A DNA stretch of 64,000 nt from Hydrolagus colliei (GCA_035084275.1 CM068742.1:122016001-122080000), one strand, 5' to 3'; shown: positions 38,131 through 50,939, counted from the stretch's first letter. Notes: generated by a model from the letters alone, not told the origin. Made by a program: numbers and translations.

Positions 38131-41100
38131 ACAATAACAACAACAACAATTTACATTTATATAGCGCCTTTCACGTCGGGAGGACGTCCCAAGGCGCTAA
38201 ACAAGAGGCGTGTGACCCGAGCTGGGAGGGGAGTGTTTGGGAAGGGGTGAAACACGAAGGGGAGGTAAAAGAGTTCGGGGTGAAACAAAAGGCACGATCG
38301 AAGAGGAAAGTCTTCAAATCGGCCTTGAAAGAGGAAAGGGAAGAGGTGAAACGGAGGGATTGAGGGATGGCATTCCATAGGGTGGGAGCGGAGAAACTGA
38401 AGGCCCGGCCTCCGATGGTGGGGCGGTTCGGGCGGGGGGCTTGGAGTAGGCCAAGTCCTGTTGAACGGAGGGCCCGGGTGGGCGTGTAGGGGGAGAGTAG
38501 ATCGGCTAGGTAGGATGGGGCAAGGCCGTGTAAGGCCTTGTAGGTGAGGACGAGGATCTTAAATTCGATCCTCTGGAGGATGGGGAGCCAGTGGAGACGG
38601 GCGAGGGTGGGGGTTATGTGGTCACGGAGGCGGGTGCGGGATAGTACACGGGCTGCAGAGTTTTGGATGGCCTGCAGCCTATGAATGGAGGAACTGGGGA
38701 GGCCGACTAGGAGAGAGTTTCCGTAGTCCAGCCGTGAGGTGATGTACGCGTGCACGAGTGTTTCGGCAGCGCGGGGGGTAAGATAGTTGCGGAGCCTGGC
38801 AATGTTGCGCAGATGGAAATAGGCGGTGCCGGTCAAGGCGCGGATGTGGGGGAGGAAGGAAAGTTTTTGATCGAACATGATGCCGAGGTTCCTGATTGGC
38901 TTTGTGAGGTGGAGAGTGCAGCCTTGGATGTTGAGGCTGGCAGCGCCCGATGTGCGGAGGCGCTGGCTTGAGCCAATCAGGAGGGCCTCGGTCTTACTCA
39001 CGTTCAATTGCAAAAAGTTGTCCCTCGTCCATGATTCGATGTCGGACAGACATGCTGTCAGAACATCGATCGTCTGGGGGTTGAGGGATGAGGCAGAAAG
39101 GTACAACTGGGTGTCATCCGCATACATGTGGAAATTTACCCCATGTTTGCAGATGACGTCGCCCAGAGGGAGCGTGTAAAGCGTGAAAAGAAGGAGACCA
39201 AGGACAGAGCCTTGAGGGACGCCGTGGGAAACTGTGCGGGGGTTTGATGAAAAGCCATTGGAAGAAACAAAATGTAAACGATGGGTCAAATAAGAGTGGA
39301 ACCAGTCAAGGACTGAGCCTTGAAGGTTGAGGTGGGAGGAAAGACGTTGAAGGAGGATGGTGTGATCGACTGTGTCGAACGCAGCAGACAGGTCAAGGAG
39401 GACGAGGAGGCAGAGGGAGCCCTGGTCACAGGCGGTTAGGATGTCATTTGTGACCTTGACCAGGGCAGTTTCTGTACTGTGGATAGGGCGGAAACCTGAT
39501 TGGAGGGGTTCAAAAAGTGAATGAGTTGAAAGGAAAGAGCGGAGCTGGGAGGCAACCACTCTTTCAAGGACCGTGGATAGAAACGGGAGGTTGGAGATGG
39601 GTCTATAACTTGATGGTTGCGACGCATCAAGGGAGGGTTTCTTCAGGATAGGGGTGATGGTGGCTGTTTTAAGGGAGGTAGGGACGGTTCCTGAGGAGAG
39701 GGAAAGGTTAATGGTGTCAGAAATGAGTGGGGCTAACAAATGGAGCTGGGTGCGGAGGAGGGGGTTGGGGATGGGGTCCAATGAGCACGTGGTGGGTTTC
39801 ATGGAGGTGATTGTTTTTGTGATTGAAAGCGGGGTGGTGGGGTTGAAAGTGTGAAATGGGGTTGAGTAGGGGTTGAGGTAACTGATGAGGGCGCTGAGGT
39901 GGAGGAGTGGTGGGGGGAGGAAACCGCAGAGCGGATTTTCTCAATTTTGGATTCGAGGAAATCCAGCATCTCTTCGCAACGAACGTTTGAGGAGAGGATC
40001 TGCGAGGTGAGGCGGGGGGGGGGCGGAGGAGCTGGTTGGTGGTGGCGAAGAGGAGGCGGTGGTTGTCCTTCGCTTCCAGGATTATCCTGGAGTAGAAGGC
40101 TGATTTTGGCGGTGGCTAGGGCGGAGCGGTAATTTTTGATGCGGTCCAGCCAGATTTGCCGGTGGACCGTGAGGCCAGATTTGAGCCAGGTGCGTTCAAC
40201 TGCTCTCACTTGGCTTTTGAGGGAGCGGAGGTGAGATGTGTACCACGGTGATGATCGGGAATGGGAGACGGTTTTGGAGGTGAGAGCGGCCAGGGTGTCA
40301 AGGGTAGTGGAGAGGGTGTTGTGGAGGGCGGTGGAGGCGGAGGATGGGTCTGTACAAAAAGAATGCCATTGTGGGAGGAGGTCGGAGGTTTCTAGGGCAG
40401 AGGTGAAAGTTTGAGGGGGAATCTTCTTCCAGGGCCGGTAGAAGATGGTGGTGGGTTTGGAAGTGGAGGGGGGAGGGATAGAGGTGTTGCAGGAAACGAA
40501 AAAATGGTCAGAAATGGCCTTGTCTGTGATGGTGACGCCAGAGACGTCGAGGCCTCGGGTGATCACCAGATCGAGAGGATGGCCGTGAGTGTGGGTGGCA
40601 GTGTTGATATGAAGGGAGAAGTTGAAAGACGAAAGTAAAGAGGAAAATTCAGAGGAAATGGGGCAGGAGGGGGTGAAATGGAGGTTGAAATCGCCAAGAA
40701 TAATAAGGCGATCAGAGGAGGCACAAAGGGAAACTAAAAGTGAAGAAAAGTCTGAAATGAAAGTGGGGGAGGGTTTGGGGGGGCGATAAACTAATAGGAT
40801 TTCGAAAGAACTGTGGGAGGAGTGAGAGAGGGTGAGATGTTCAAAAGAGGGGAAGGAGCCGGAGGAATAGGGGGATAGGGCGAGGGATGACTTTGAAATG
40901 AGGGCCACACCACCGCCACGACGGTTGGGTCGAGGAGCATGGTGGAATGTGGGTGGTGTGGCTTCAACGAGGGGGAAAGTGTCGCCTGGGGTGATCCAAG
41001 TCTCCGTCAGGGCCATGATGTCACCGTTCTCATCAAGGATGAGATCGTTGATGGCCAGGGTCTTGTTGCAGACAGAGTGGACATTTTGGAGACCGATGCG

Positions 41101-41227
41101 GAAAAAGCAGTTGGCCGAGGGGTGTGAGGGGGGGCTGGGATGGTCGGCGGGGAGGGTGGGGATTTCAATAAGGGAGGAGAGGTTGACCCCCCGGGTTTGT
41201 GTCCGGTGGGGCTGGCGGTGACGGTGA
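38131..41227 (-). mobile_element. Near-complete L2-clade LINE (APE endonuclease plus reverse transcriptase), frameshifted
   Basis: APE motifs GLQNVHS, ALTETW, GGGVA, VYRPP, LGDFN, GHPLDLV, ISDH; RT motifs YRPISNLPF, QSGFR, LLDLSAAFDTVDH, GVPQGS, MYADDTQLY; (TTG)n tail at 38131-38149; possible 5-bp TSD TACTA at 38126-38130 and 41228-41232. Confidence 0.95.
38171..39802 (-). CDS. L2 ORF2 RT portion (543-aa open frame, separated from the APE portion by frameshifts)
   Basis: ORF track; contains the YADD catalytic motif. The APE-containing frame runs from ~41220 to ~40105. Confidence 0.85.
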   Translation of the reverse strand: MKPTTCSLDPIPNPLLRTQLHLLAPLISDTINLSLSSGTVPTSLKTATITPILKKPSLDASQPSSYRPISNLPFLSTVLERVVASQLRSFLSTHSLFEPLQSGFRPIHSTETALVKVTNDILTACDQGSLCLLVLLDLSAAFDTVDHTILLQRLSSHLNLQGSVLDWFHSYLTHRLHFVSSNGFSSNPRTVSHGVPQGSVLGLLLFTLYTLPLGDVICKHGVNFHMYADDTQLYLSASSLNPQTIDVLTACLSDIESWTRDNFLQLNVSKTEALLIGSSQRLRTSGAASLNIQGCTLHLTKPIRNLGIMFDQKLSFLPHIRALTGTAYFHLRNIARLRNYLTPRAAETLVHAYITSRLDYGNSLLVGLPSSSIHRLQAIQNSAARVLSRTRLRDHITPTLARLHWLPILQRIEFKILVLTYKALHGLAPSYLADLLSPYTPTRALRSTGLGLLQAPRPNRPTIGGRAFSFSAPTLWNAIPQSLRFTSSLSSFKADLKTFLFDRAFCFTPNSFTSPSCFTPSQTLPSQLGSHASCLAPWDVLPT

Positions 41228-41804
41228 TACTACCCACTTTGTCTCATGTCTCAGTGGTTCAGGTAGTCTGGATCTTACCATCTGCTTAGCTTTATACACT
41301 TGATTCTCTTTAGTATATTGATAAAAGGCCTTTCCCCCCCATTGGCCATTTGCAATATTAGTAAATGTTAACTAGTGTTCTGTGTATGCTCTATTTGGGT
41401 AATTTTACAATTATTATCTATTAATTGTTTAAAATAAAATGGATGCTTTTTTTTGGTAGTTGTGTAGAAGTAACTGATGGAGTCTTACTTTGGAAACATC
41501 CCTTCATAATTAGTCATGATAATTTTTTCACACCCCTGTGCTGTGAGTCAGTGCGAGTTAGCCTCATAGTTTGGAGGTGAAGGAGGAGATCATTGGCCAC
41601 GATGATGGGATGTCTAGAGAATAGAACCACATCACAATCCTTGAAGACTAAAATAAAATTGGGGGTGGTGGGTTGGGGAGTATTAGTTACAACAACAGTT
41701 GGACTTAAATTAATGAGAATTTTAGATTTGGTATTAAAAATGGTCCACGTTTTGAGACTGTCTGCATTCTTTCAATGGGATTCAAAGATAGTGGTAAGGT
41801 TGTG

Positions 41805-42186
41805 TAATAATAATAATGATCATCCTTGCATTTCATATAGCACCTTATCATGTCTTCTAGATGTCTCAAAAAGCTTCACATAATATATTGTAACCTGAAT
41901 TTTTGTATATTTTGTGGGTGAAATGTGGCAGTAAATTGCGGGACACAGCAGTCCCACAAACTGTCATAGATTGAGTGACCCAATTTTTTTAAAGGAATTA
42001 TCATCCCCAGAAAAGTGACCCACCAATCAACTAACAACCAGTTTCCTACTTACTGCTAGGTAAACAGAGGCATGTGGAGTAAGGAAACTTGCCTTATTGG
42101 ACAAGCCCCAGCCTTGCCCGGGATTTGAATCCACACCCTCTTGTTTGCGAGGTGAGTGCTCTAACCACTGAACGACAGGAGTCCAC
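41805..42186 (-). mobile_element. tRNA/Deu SINE, long subfamily
   Basis: Contains the extra ccccagaaaagtga...ctaggtaaacag segment. Confidence 0.85.
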
Positions 42187-42348
42187 TTATTCAGAAATCA
42201 TCAATGACAACGTTGATATAGTGCCCTTCATTTGGTGAAGTGTCTTGGAGGGCTAAACAGAGACATATTGTAAGACAACTGCTCTTAACTTGTGTGAGGG
42301 AATCATAGCCATTGGATCAAATGATGGAACTGCCAGGCATTTCAAATG

Positions 42349-42733
42349 GACAACAACAACAATTTACATTTATAGAGCGCCTTTCACGTCGGGAGGACGT
42401 CCCAAGGCGCTGAACAGGAGGCGTGTGACCCGAGCTGGGAGGGGAATGTTCGGGAAGGGGTGAAACACGAAGGGGAGGTAAAAGAGTTTGGGGTGGAACA
42501 AAAGGCATGATCGAAGAGGAAAGTCTTCAAACCGGCCTTGAAAGAGGAAAGGGAAGAGACGAAACGGAGGGATTGAGGGATGGCATTCCATAAGGTGGGA
42601 GTGGAGAAACTGAAGGCCCGGCCTCCGATGGTGAGGCGGTTCGGGCGGGGGGCTTGGAGCAGGCCAAGTCCTGTTGAACGGAGGGTCCGGGTGGGCATGT
42701 AGGGGGAGAGTAGATCGGTTAAGTAGGATGTGG
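42349..42733 (-). mobile_element. Young 5'-truncated copy of the same L2 family as 38131-41227
   Basis: Highly similar to 38138-38522, with the same C-terminal peptide ...LGSHASC.APWDVLPT*. Confidence 0.95.
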
Positions 42734-44989
42734 CAATAGTGATCTAGTGCCAATAGTGGGGTCAAGTTACATAGGAAGATAGAAATTCCTGGATGTCAAA
42801 ATACCAAGGTCCATCTAGTCCCCCTTCTACCATTCTGATAATTACATGCTACAATAATGGAGATATTGATAGCAAGTAATTATTTGTGGATTAGTCCAGT
42901 GTAAAGCTTTGGGAACCTTAGATCCAAAGTTACCTAGTTCTTACACAATTTATCTCCAGTTTCAATGCACATTGGCTTTACGATTCTTTATGTCTGTGCT
43001 TGCAATGCTGCTATTTTTCTTTCTCACTATTTCCCTGATGTATATTCCCGGATTTGCTTCAAATCTCCTCCTTCCATATTCAAGACTGAGATTGATAGAT
43101 TTCTAAAGGATAGAGGGATTAAGGGATATGGGGATAGGGTGGAACATGGAATTAGGTTAGAAGTTCAGCCATTAAATGGCGGTGGGAGGCTCGATGGGCT
43201 GAATGGCGTACTCCTATTTCCTGTGTTCTTAAGTTTTTTTTTACGTGAAAACAGTATGAGCAAAGAGGTAGGAGTGGCATTAGCAGGATAGCTCTAGTGG
43301 GGCACCAGCATAGCAATGGTTGGCCGAAGACATGTTTTGTCATTTTGTACGATTTTCTAATATTTTAATGATACCTTCTGCAATATTATGACTGTCACCC
43401 ATAAATTTCTACCATGATTCTGGCTGTTAGATTATACATCCCATGTCAATGCTCAAAAAGAGATGGGAATTTCTCCCCTTGTTTTAGCCAATAATCTTCC
43501 TGATGAAGTAATCATTCACCTCCTTGCTGTTTGTAATGTAGTTCGATTTAATAGAAAACATCTGTTTATATGACTTGGATTGCTTATTAAGAAATTCCAT
43601 TAAGAAATTGCAGGATAACATTTGCAATGTTCCTAAATCCATTCCTTATGTTAAATTGCATAACCCTAACCTTAATGTATGAATGAGAATTGGCTAATTG
43701 GTTCCTTAATTTACACCAATGTTAACTCACCTCACAATCTACAATTAGAACACTGTGTTCATGCCCTCCCTCTAATCGTACTGCATCGAGTTAACAGAAA
43801 ACAGAGGAAATAGACTTGAAAAAGTCAGTTTCCTGATGGAAAACACTGGAATGCCCATTCTAAGGTTAAAATGATCTTCGAATTTGGGATTGCCTTGGAC
43901 TCTACTATTATCCTGAAACGCAGAAGCAGAGGTTGGCAGCTGCACTCCAATTACAGATAGTGAGTTAATACTAGACTGCACAATGGAACTGTTAATGTTT
44001 CTTTAATGCTTTCCTTATGCTATTTGATACAAAGGAATAGGTTAAGAAATATCACAAATTTTACCTACTTACCTCTCTGTGCTTTAAACTTTGAATGATT
44101 TCTAGAATGATTCATACACTTTAATGCAGATATGTACATCTGCTGTAGGATAAACCTTCCTCACCAGTGAACGTTATTGGGCTGTGGCTAGGTTTTAACA
44201 GTTGGGTTTGCCAAGAATTGTCCTTTACTGGAAGACTCCCCAGGAAGATAATAATGTGTCAGCACGGGTTTAAAGTCTGCACACATACATAGCTGGAACA
44301 CATACTAAATTCTGCAGCAGGGCCTCTCATTGCATGATACTCCACTGATGAGAAAGCCATTGATAACTCCGAGCACATCAGAGGATCAATGGTAATAATA
44401 TACCACTGTGGCCCACGCACACAATGCCCCACACACCTCAGAATGAAAGTCTGATGATTTCACCACTCTTCCTATTGCTGATGTTGAAAGCACTCGTCCT
44501 TCCCTCCTGGTCTTAATAGCTGCATGCCTAGTGATTCATACTGTACTGCAGCTGCTATTGAGGGAGCCGTCACATCAGCAAGTACAGCTACTATTGCTCA
44601 CTTTGAACTAAAACTTCAAAGATCCTTTAATATCCTTTTAATCCACTTTACCCTGAGACAGGTGGTTGGATCGGGAAGGGAAAATATGATTGAAAGTACA
44701 CTCAACCTGACAGTTCTTGATGTGCCTTGAAAGAGGGGAGGGAGAGAGCGAGTCAATGGGGACTCCAGGAGTGGAATCCCAGATAGAGGGGACAAAATGG
44801 CAATGATGGGGCAGATGGAGTGGGGGACATGGTGTTTGCTGGGAAAAGGGAATGGCTGGTTCGAGAGATAGCCCTCCACAACTCCTCATCCCAAACCACC
44901 AGCTCGGGTGCGGATCCTTGACTGTCCACGCCTTGGGAAATCCTCCTGACATGAAAGGTGCTAACAATTGTAACTTGTTGCTGTATTAA

Positions 44990-46680
44990 GAGGAATACAT
45001 GGTTGTGGATTCAGAATTGCCTGAAGAGAAAGAAGCCAAGGTTCTTTGTGAGAGGAACTAAATCAAAATGGGGAGAGATTTTAAATGGGGTGCCTCAGGG
45101 TTTGCACTGGGACGTTCCTCACACTCATCATATAGTGGAGCTCCTGTAGCTCAGCCTTACAAGTGTGAGATCTGTTTTTTGAATCCAGGCAGGTCAGGGC
45201 AAAACCTTGGGGAAGTTTTCTTACTCCACACACCTACTAATAATCCGTCCCCCAAAAAAACACAATAATAAAATTGGTCATTTCAATCCATGACTGTTTG
45301 TGGGACACTGCTGTGCGTAAATGGCTGCTGTATTTCGCCCACAAATATAATCAATTCACTTTACAGTATATTCTGTGAAGCACTTTGAGATGTCGATAAG
45401 ATGAAAAACGCTATATCAAATGCAAGAATTATTATTATTATTAATCCCTTTTCCTTGGATGTAGTATTTGCAGACACACTGCAGGATACAGCAATGATCA
45501 ATCATCACTCGAAGAAAAAATGGCTCGGTGATGAGTTATTTAAAGTGTCGAGTTAAATTAGCAGGTAACAGCACATTTAGAAGAACTGTGGATTCAGCAA
45601 AGATCCTACAAATAAAGCTTCACAGGATATACACATGGTCCAATATCTGGCAAATGAAATTAAATTCAGATAAATGCAGATAAGTATTCATAAGAAACTC
45701 AAATACTCATTCAATGGTGGAACAAAGCTTGCCAAGGGAAGATGAAAGAGATTAATGGGTGATACTTGGCTCATTGCTCATTATGTCAAAATAATGTGAG
45801 GCAGTAATAAATAATAGAAACAGAATACTGGGCTGTATTGCTAAATCAGTTGAGTTTGATCTCTAGACATCATTCTCAGGTTCTATAATGCTCTGGTCAG
45901 GTTATACCTTGAGTCCTGCATTGATTTTTAGTCACCATGACATAAAGGGGCAGCCTAGCACTTTGAGATGTCGCATAATCCTTGCATTTGATATAGTGCC
46001 TTATCTTGTCATCAAGATGTCTCAAAGCGCTTCACTGAATATACTGTGAAGTTAATTGACTGTACAGAATTATGTGGCAAAATGCGGCAGCCAGTCACAC
46101 ACAGCTGTGTGCCACAAAAAGCTGTGGATTAAATAACCAATTCATTATTATTATTGCTTTTTGAAGGAATTATTATCCCCGCAAAAGCGATCAGCCAATC
46201 GACCAACAACCAAGTTCCCACTTACTGCTAGGTAAACAGAGGCGTAGAGTGTAAGGATACTTGTCCAATGTTTCATCCTGCCGGGAATCAAACCCAGGTC
46301 TCTTGCTCGCAAGCAAGTGTTCTGATCACTGAGCTATGGGACTCCATAATCGCCAGAGTAGAGGAATAAGTTATGATTTGAGCTATGACTTGAGCAATGG
46401 TTAGACAAGCTAAGGCTCTACAGACTTAAAGAAAAATGGTTCAGAAGGGACTTCATGGAGGTGTCCAACATTTTAAATGACTGAAAAATTGAATCCAGGT
46501 TAATATTTCAGGATTCAAGAAGACAATAGAGCAAGAGAAGATAGGTTTAGTGTTACAAAGAACAATTTTGGGACAGATACCGGGATGTTTTTCTTTAATC
46601 AAGGGACAATGAACACTGGAAACTGATTGCCAGGTTGAGGCCAGGCCATTGGATTCATTAAAAAAACCAGCCCTTTACAG
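44990..46680 (+). mobile_element. Degenerate CR1 RT fragment interrupted by two SINEs (~45135-45443 +, ~45975-46346 -)
   Basis: WIQNCL...SKWGEILNGVPQG before the first SINE; WSNIWQMKLNSDKC-like and later CR1-type remnants after it. Confidence 0.75.
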
Positions 46681-46875
46681 CTAAAAACAGAATGATTTTT
46701 TAAACCTTGAAATCTTATGATCATTCCTTCTGTTATTTAACGAATGTTTGATAACTACCAGCAGGTGGAGCCTGTGTCTTCGTTATATATACTGCATTTC
46801 TATCCAGTAAACCTCACATAATTTGCATCAATTGGGACCATACATTTAATATCACTTATACTAAACTTGCAAATG

Positions 46876-47190
46876 AATAACAATAATAATAATCCTTCCA
46901 TTTGATGTAGTGTTTTTCCCATCTTCTGGACATCTCAAAGCGCTTCACAGAACGTACTGTAAAATGAATTGACTGTATATTTTGTGGGCGAAACACGGCA
47001 GCCAATTGCGCACAGCAGGTCTCTCATAAACAGTCATGCATAGAAGTGACCAATTTATTATTGGTACTTTTAAGGGATTATTATTAGGCGTCTGGAGTAA
47101 GGAAACCTGCCCAAGGTTTTGCCCTGACCTGGAATTGAACCCAGGTATCTCGCTTGCAAGGCAACTGCTCTTAACACTGAGCTGAATGGG
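46876..47190 (-). mobile_element. tRNA/Deu SINE
   Basis: Consensus tail, body and head. Confidence 0.85.
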
Positions 47191-48664
47191 CTGGTGGAAT
47201 TAAGGCAAGGTTTCTGTAGTGTGTTTACCCCAGGTATATTAAAGCCATGGTAGCCTATTCTTACCTCATGTGCAGAAAACATGTCCTGTCCAATGAATAG
47301 CACAACCAAACCTATTTAAAAAATAACTGTTTTAATAGAATATAAACTCTTGTCAAAATCTCGTCTTCCATATTTGTTCACGGTTCTGTACTGAGCGTAC
47401 AGATCTTTGGCATTGCAGCCAATATGTGCAAATGACAGGTCAGGACAGGTCAGAACATTATGTTTGCTGATTCAAGGCCGATCATTGCATACATGATGAA
47501 GGATCCTCTTCACTCACCACATGATCAGACATTTGTTGCACTCTCCATGTTATCTGGTGATGTTTTTTTCCTTTCTCAGCCACGCTCCATGCGCAAACAC
47601 ATTGATGTTCCTGCTCCAGGAGGGAGGGTACGGAGAGTGTCAGACTGGGAATATTCAGAGTTTTGTGGGAAAATACTTATGACATGGCAGCCAATAAGCG
47701 TGGTAGCTCGGTTACGAGTTGGAGGATTGCTAATACGATTAATGCAGATACATTTAAGTGTATATACTGTAATAGGAAATTCAATGGAACTTCGGCAGAT
47801 GTACATTGTACGCAATCACACAATTTATACGGATCAGACTTGTGTGTTTTACTGTAATATATAATAATCTCACTATTGATAATAACATCATCGTGACATC
47901 ACCAAACACATCACGGCTACACTTTGAACCACTGTAGTTGTATGTATTTTGTGAGTCAATGGTGTGAGTCAACTAATTTGCCCACAGCAAAGCCCCATAG
48001 ATAGCTATGAAGTGCATAACCTAATTAATCTGGGGATGGTTGGCCAGAAGAATCTCCCTTATCCTTTTGATTAGTGTCATGAGATCTTTAAAGTCCACCT
48101 GGACAAGCAGACAGGACTTCAGTTTATGTCCGAAGGACAGCATCTTCAACAATGCAGCAGCACTGTATTGGAGTGTCAGCTTAGACTATAAGGACTACAA
48201 GTCCCAATGTAGGGCTTGAGTCCACAACCTTCTGCCTCAGCGAGAGCCTGTTGTCAATTGAGCTGGATTGACACAACCTCTCACTTTCTTAACTCTAGGT
48301 AAATGCAATGGAGCTCTTCCAGTGCATCTAATGTCCCTTTAAAATATATATAATTCATTCATACTGAGATGACTTTCAACTGATTTTTCTCAGGGTAACT
48401 TTTATTAATAATAATAATAATCATCTTTGCATTTGATATAGCACTTTTCACATCTTATCAACATCTCAATGCACTTCACAGAATATACTGTAAAGTGAAT
48501 TGACTGTATATTTGAGCTCATGATCAAGACTGATACTCTCATGTAGCAATGGGGAATACTGCACTACCAGATGAGATATTCAAATGACAGTGTGTTAAGG
48601 TGGAAATTAATGATTTTATTCCAAAGAAATGGAGAATACATTTAGAATGCAATACAAATTTAAA

Positions 48665-49002
48665 TCTCATGTGGCTCAGTGGTTAGAGCACTTGTTTTGC
48701 AAGCTGGGGAGACCAAGCTGGAGAAACCTGTGATCGAATCCAAGCAGGTCAGGGCGAAACCTTGGGCAAGTTTCCTTCTCCACACGCCTAATATTAACCC
48801 CTCCAAAAAAAACCCACAATAATAAAATTGGTCATTTCAATCCACGACTGTGTGTGGGACACTGCTGTGCGCAATTGGTTGCCGCAATTTGCCCATAAAT
48901 ATACAGTCAATTCACTTTACAGTATATTCTGTGAAGCGCTTTGGGACGTCGATACGATGTGAAAAGTGCTATATCAAATGCAAGGATTATTATTTATTAT
49001 TA
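48665..49002 (+). mobile_element. tRNA/Deu SINE, head-duplication subfamily
   Basis: gtggctcagtggttagagcac...caagctggggagaccaagctggagaaacc...(att)n tail. Confidence 0.88.
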
Positions 49003-50939
49003 TCTTTGTAGCACCTTTCATTTTCTCCCGACGTGAAAGGCGCTCTATAAATATAATTTTGTTGTTGTTGTTGATGTCAGGAGGACATCCCAAGGCAAAA
49101 CACTCCACAAGTTTTTCACCCAAGCAAGGGTAGTGGATGATGGAATTGGGGCAAAAGTGGTAAGGGGGAAAAAAGATGTCCAGAAGCACAATCCAAGAGA
49201 AAGGCATGGAGGAGGACTGTGAAAAAGACAAGGGAAGAGTCGAGGTCAAAGATTCTGGGGGCAGATATTGTGAAAGCCTGACCACTGATGGTGGGGTGGG
49301 GAAAGATGAATCAGACGGGTGTCAGCAGAGCCCACATACCTTGAGGTTTCTAAGATGACTGAAGGAGACGCTACATACCAAGAAGGAAATGCTGCAGCCA
49401 GTAGCTCCCTCACTCAGACTTGTGTGTACATCATTCCAATCAATCCCAAATAAATTATGCTTGTTCTTCCCTTTCTTTAAAAATCTGAATCACTTTGAAC
49501 TTCTTGACTCCTCTTACTCAGTCTTCACAGATGTCTCATTCTTAATCACTAGACCACAGAGGTTTGTGTGGCTGGATTTCAAAATGAAGAACCAACTAGG
49601 TAGACTTTCACATTTAAGTGCAGACCAACCTGTTTTGACTACTTCTGAGGTACTGTACAGTCCTTGGCATCGAATAAATAACGGAAGAGATACACGAACA
49701 TGCTGACATCTTATGTCATTGATACATATCAAGTTACAGTTCATTTACACTTTCACTGATTGCCCCCAGTCTTTGACTTATAGAACTCATATTCTGACTC
49801 ACACATCATTCTCTCATCCTTGGGTATCATAGAATTGTACAGCACAGAAGGAGGTCATTCAGTCCATTGTGTCTGTGCAGGCTCAATGAAAAGAGCTGTC
49901 GAAATCAATCCCGCTCCCCCACTCTCTCCCCATAATCCTGCAAACTTGTCCTCTCCAAATAATTATCCAATTCTCTCTTAAAAGTTGTTTTCAAATCAGC
50001 TTCCACAACCCTTTCAGGCAACACATTACAGATTGGAACAACTCTCTGTTTGGAAAGACCGTTCCAGGATAGTTCAGTTTCAGCACCGAGCACAACACAC
50101 TGACCTCGCCGAGCTTGGCCCGGATCTGCTCCCTTTTGAGAATTCCCACCTATTGATGATGGTTTGTCTCCACCCACGATCAGCGCCTTGGGACGTCCTC
50201 CCGACGTGCAAGGCGCTCTATAAATATAGTTTTCGTTTTGTTATTGCTGTTAGACTCTGACGCTTCCTCTTGCTTCCCTGGGACTTGTCTATCCCGGTGG
50301 GGGGCAATTAATCCGCACCAGGTCCAGTGCTCTCTCGGAAATGTGGCGCAGTACTCCAGCGCACCCCCACTTCAGAAAAGCTTCAGCTATCCCACTCCTG
50401 AGATATCCTCCTGACATGAAACGAATTATATACTGTACATGTACATTTGTGTATCCCTATAATGGACTGTAGAGTATGAGCTCAGGTTGTACATCAGGAC
50501 ATACCCCCCCCCCAACCCCCACCCCCACACACACATAATGAAAGACTTCTTGGTCCCAACCCCAGACCAATCTCCTGATATTTACTCTCCAGCCTCCTCG
50601 CCTGGTCTCATTTCCCATCCTGTTCTAAGTTGCTTTTCCCAGCCCCAGCTCCCGTTCAGAAAGTTCTGTGTCTGCACACACATCTGTGCCTTGTGGTGTT
50701 GTAAGTTGTTGTATGTGTGTATCCAAAACATTTCATTCATAAAGCCGTGAGCCTCGCCTTGAGCTGCCTGTTTGTATTGCTAAAGACTGATCTTTGGAAT
50801 GACACGTCTTGTTGGCTCATGTTGCCCTCGGGGAATCATTGGGGATGTAATAAAGATCAATTAGCGGTCAGAGCCCAGCAAGCGTTAAGTCCGTCAGACA
50901 GAGCACTCAAGCCGGCTTGTCTACACTCGCCTCCCGAGC

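Noticed and set aside
47460-47864. 134-aa ORF upstream of AREG
   Set aside because: No recognisable domain or supporting gene structure; the region is better treated as candidate regulatory DNA.
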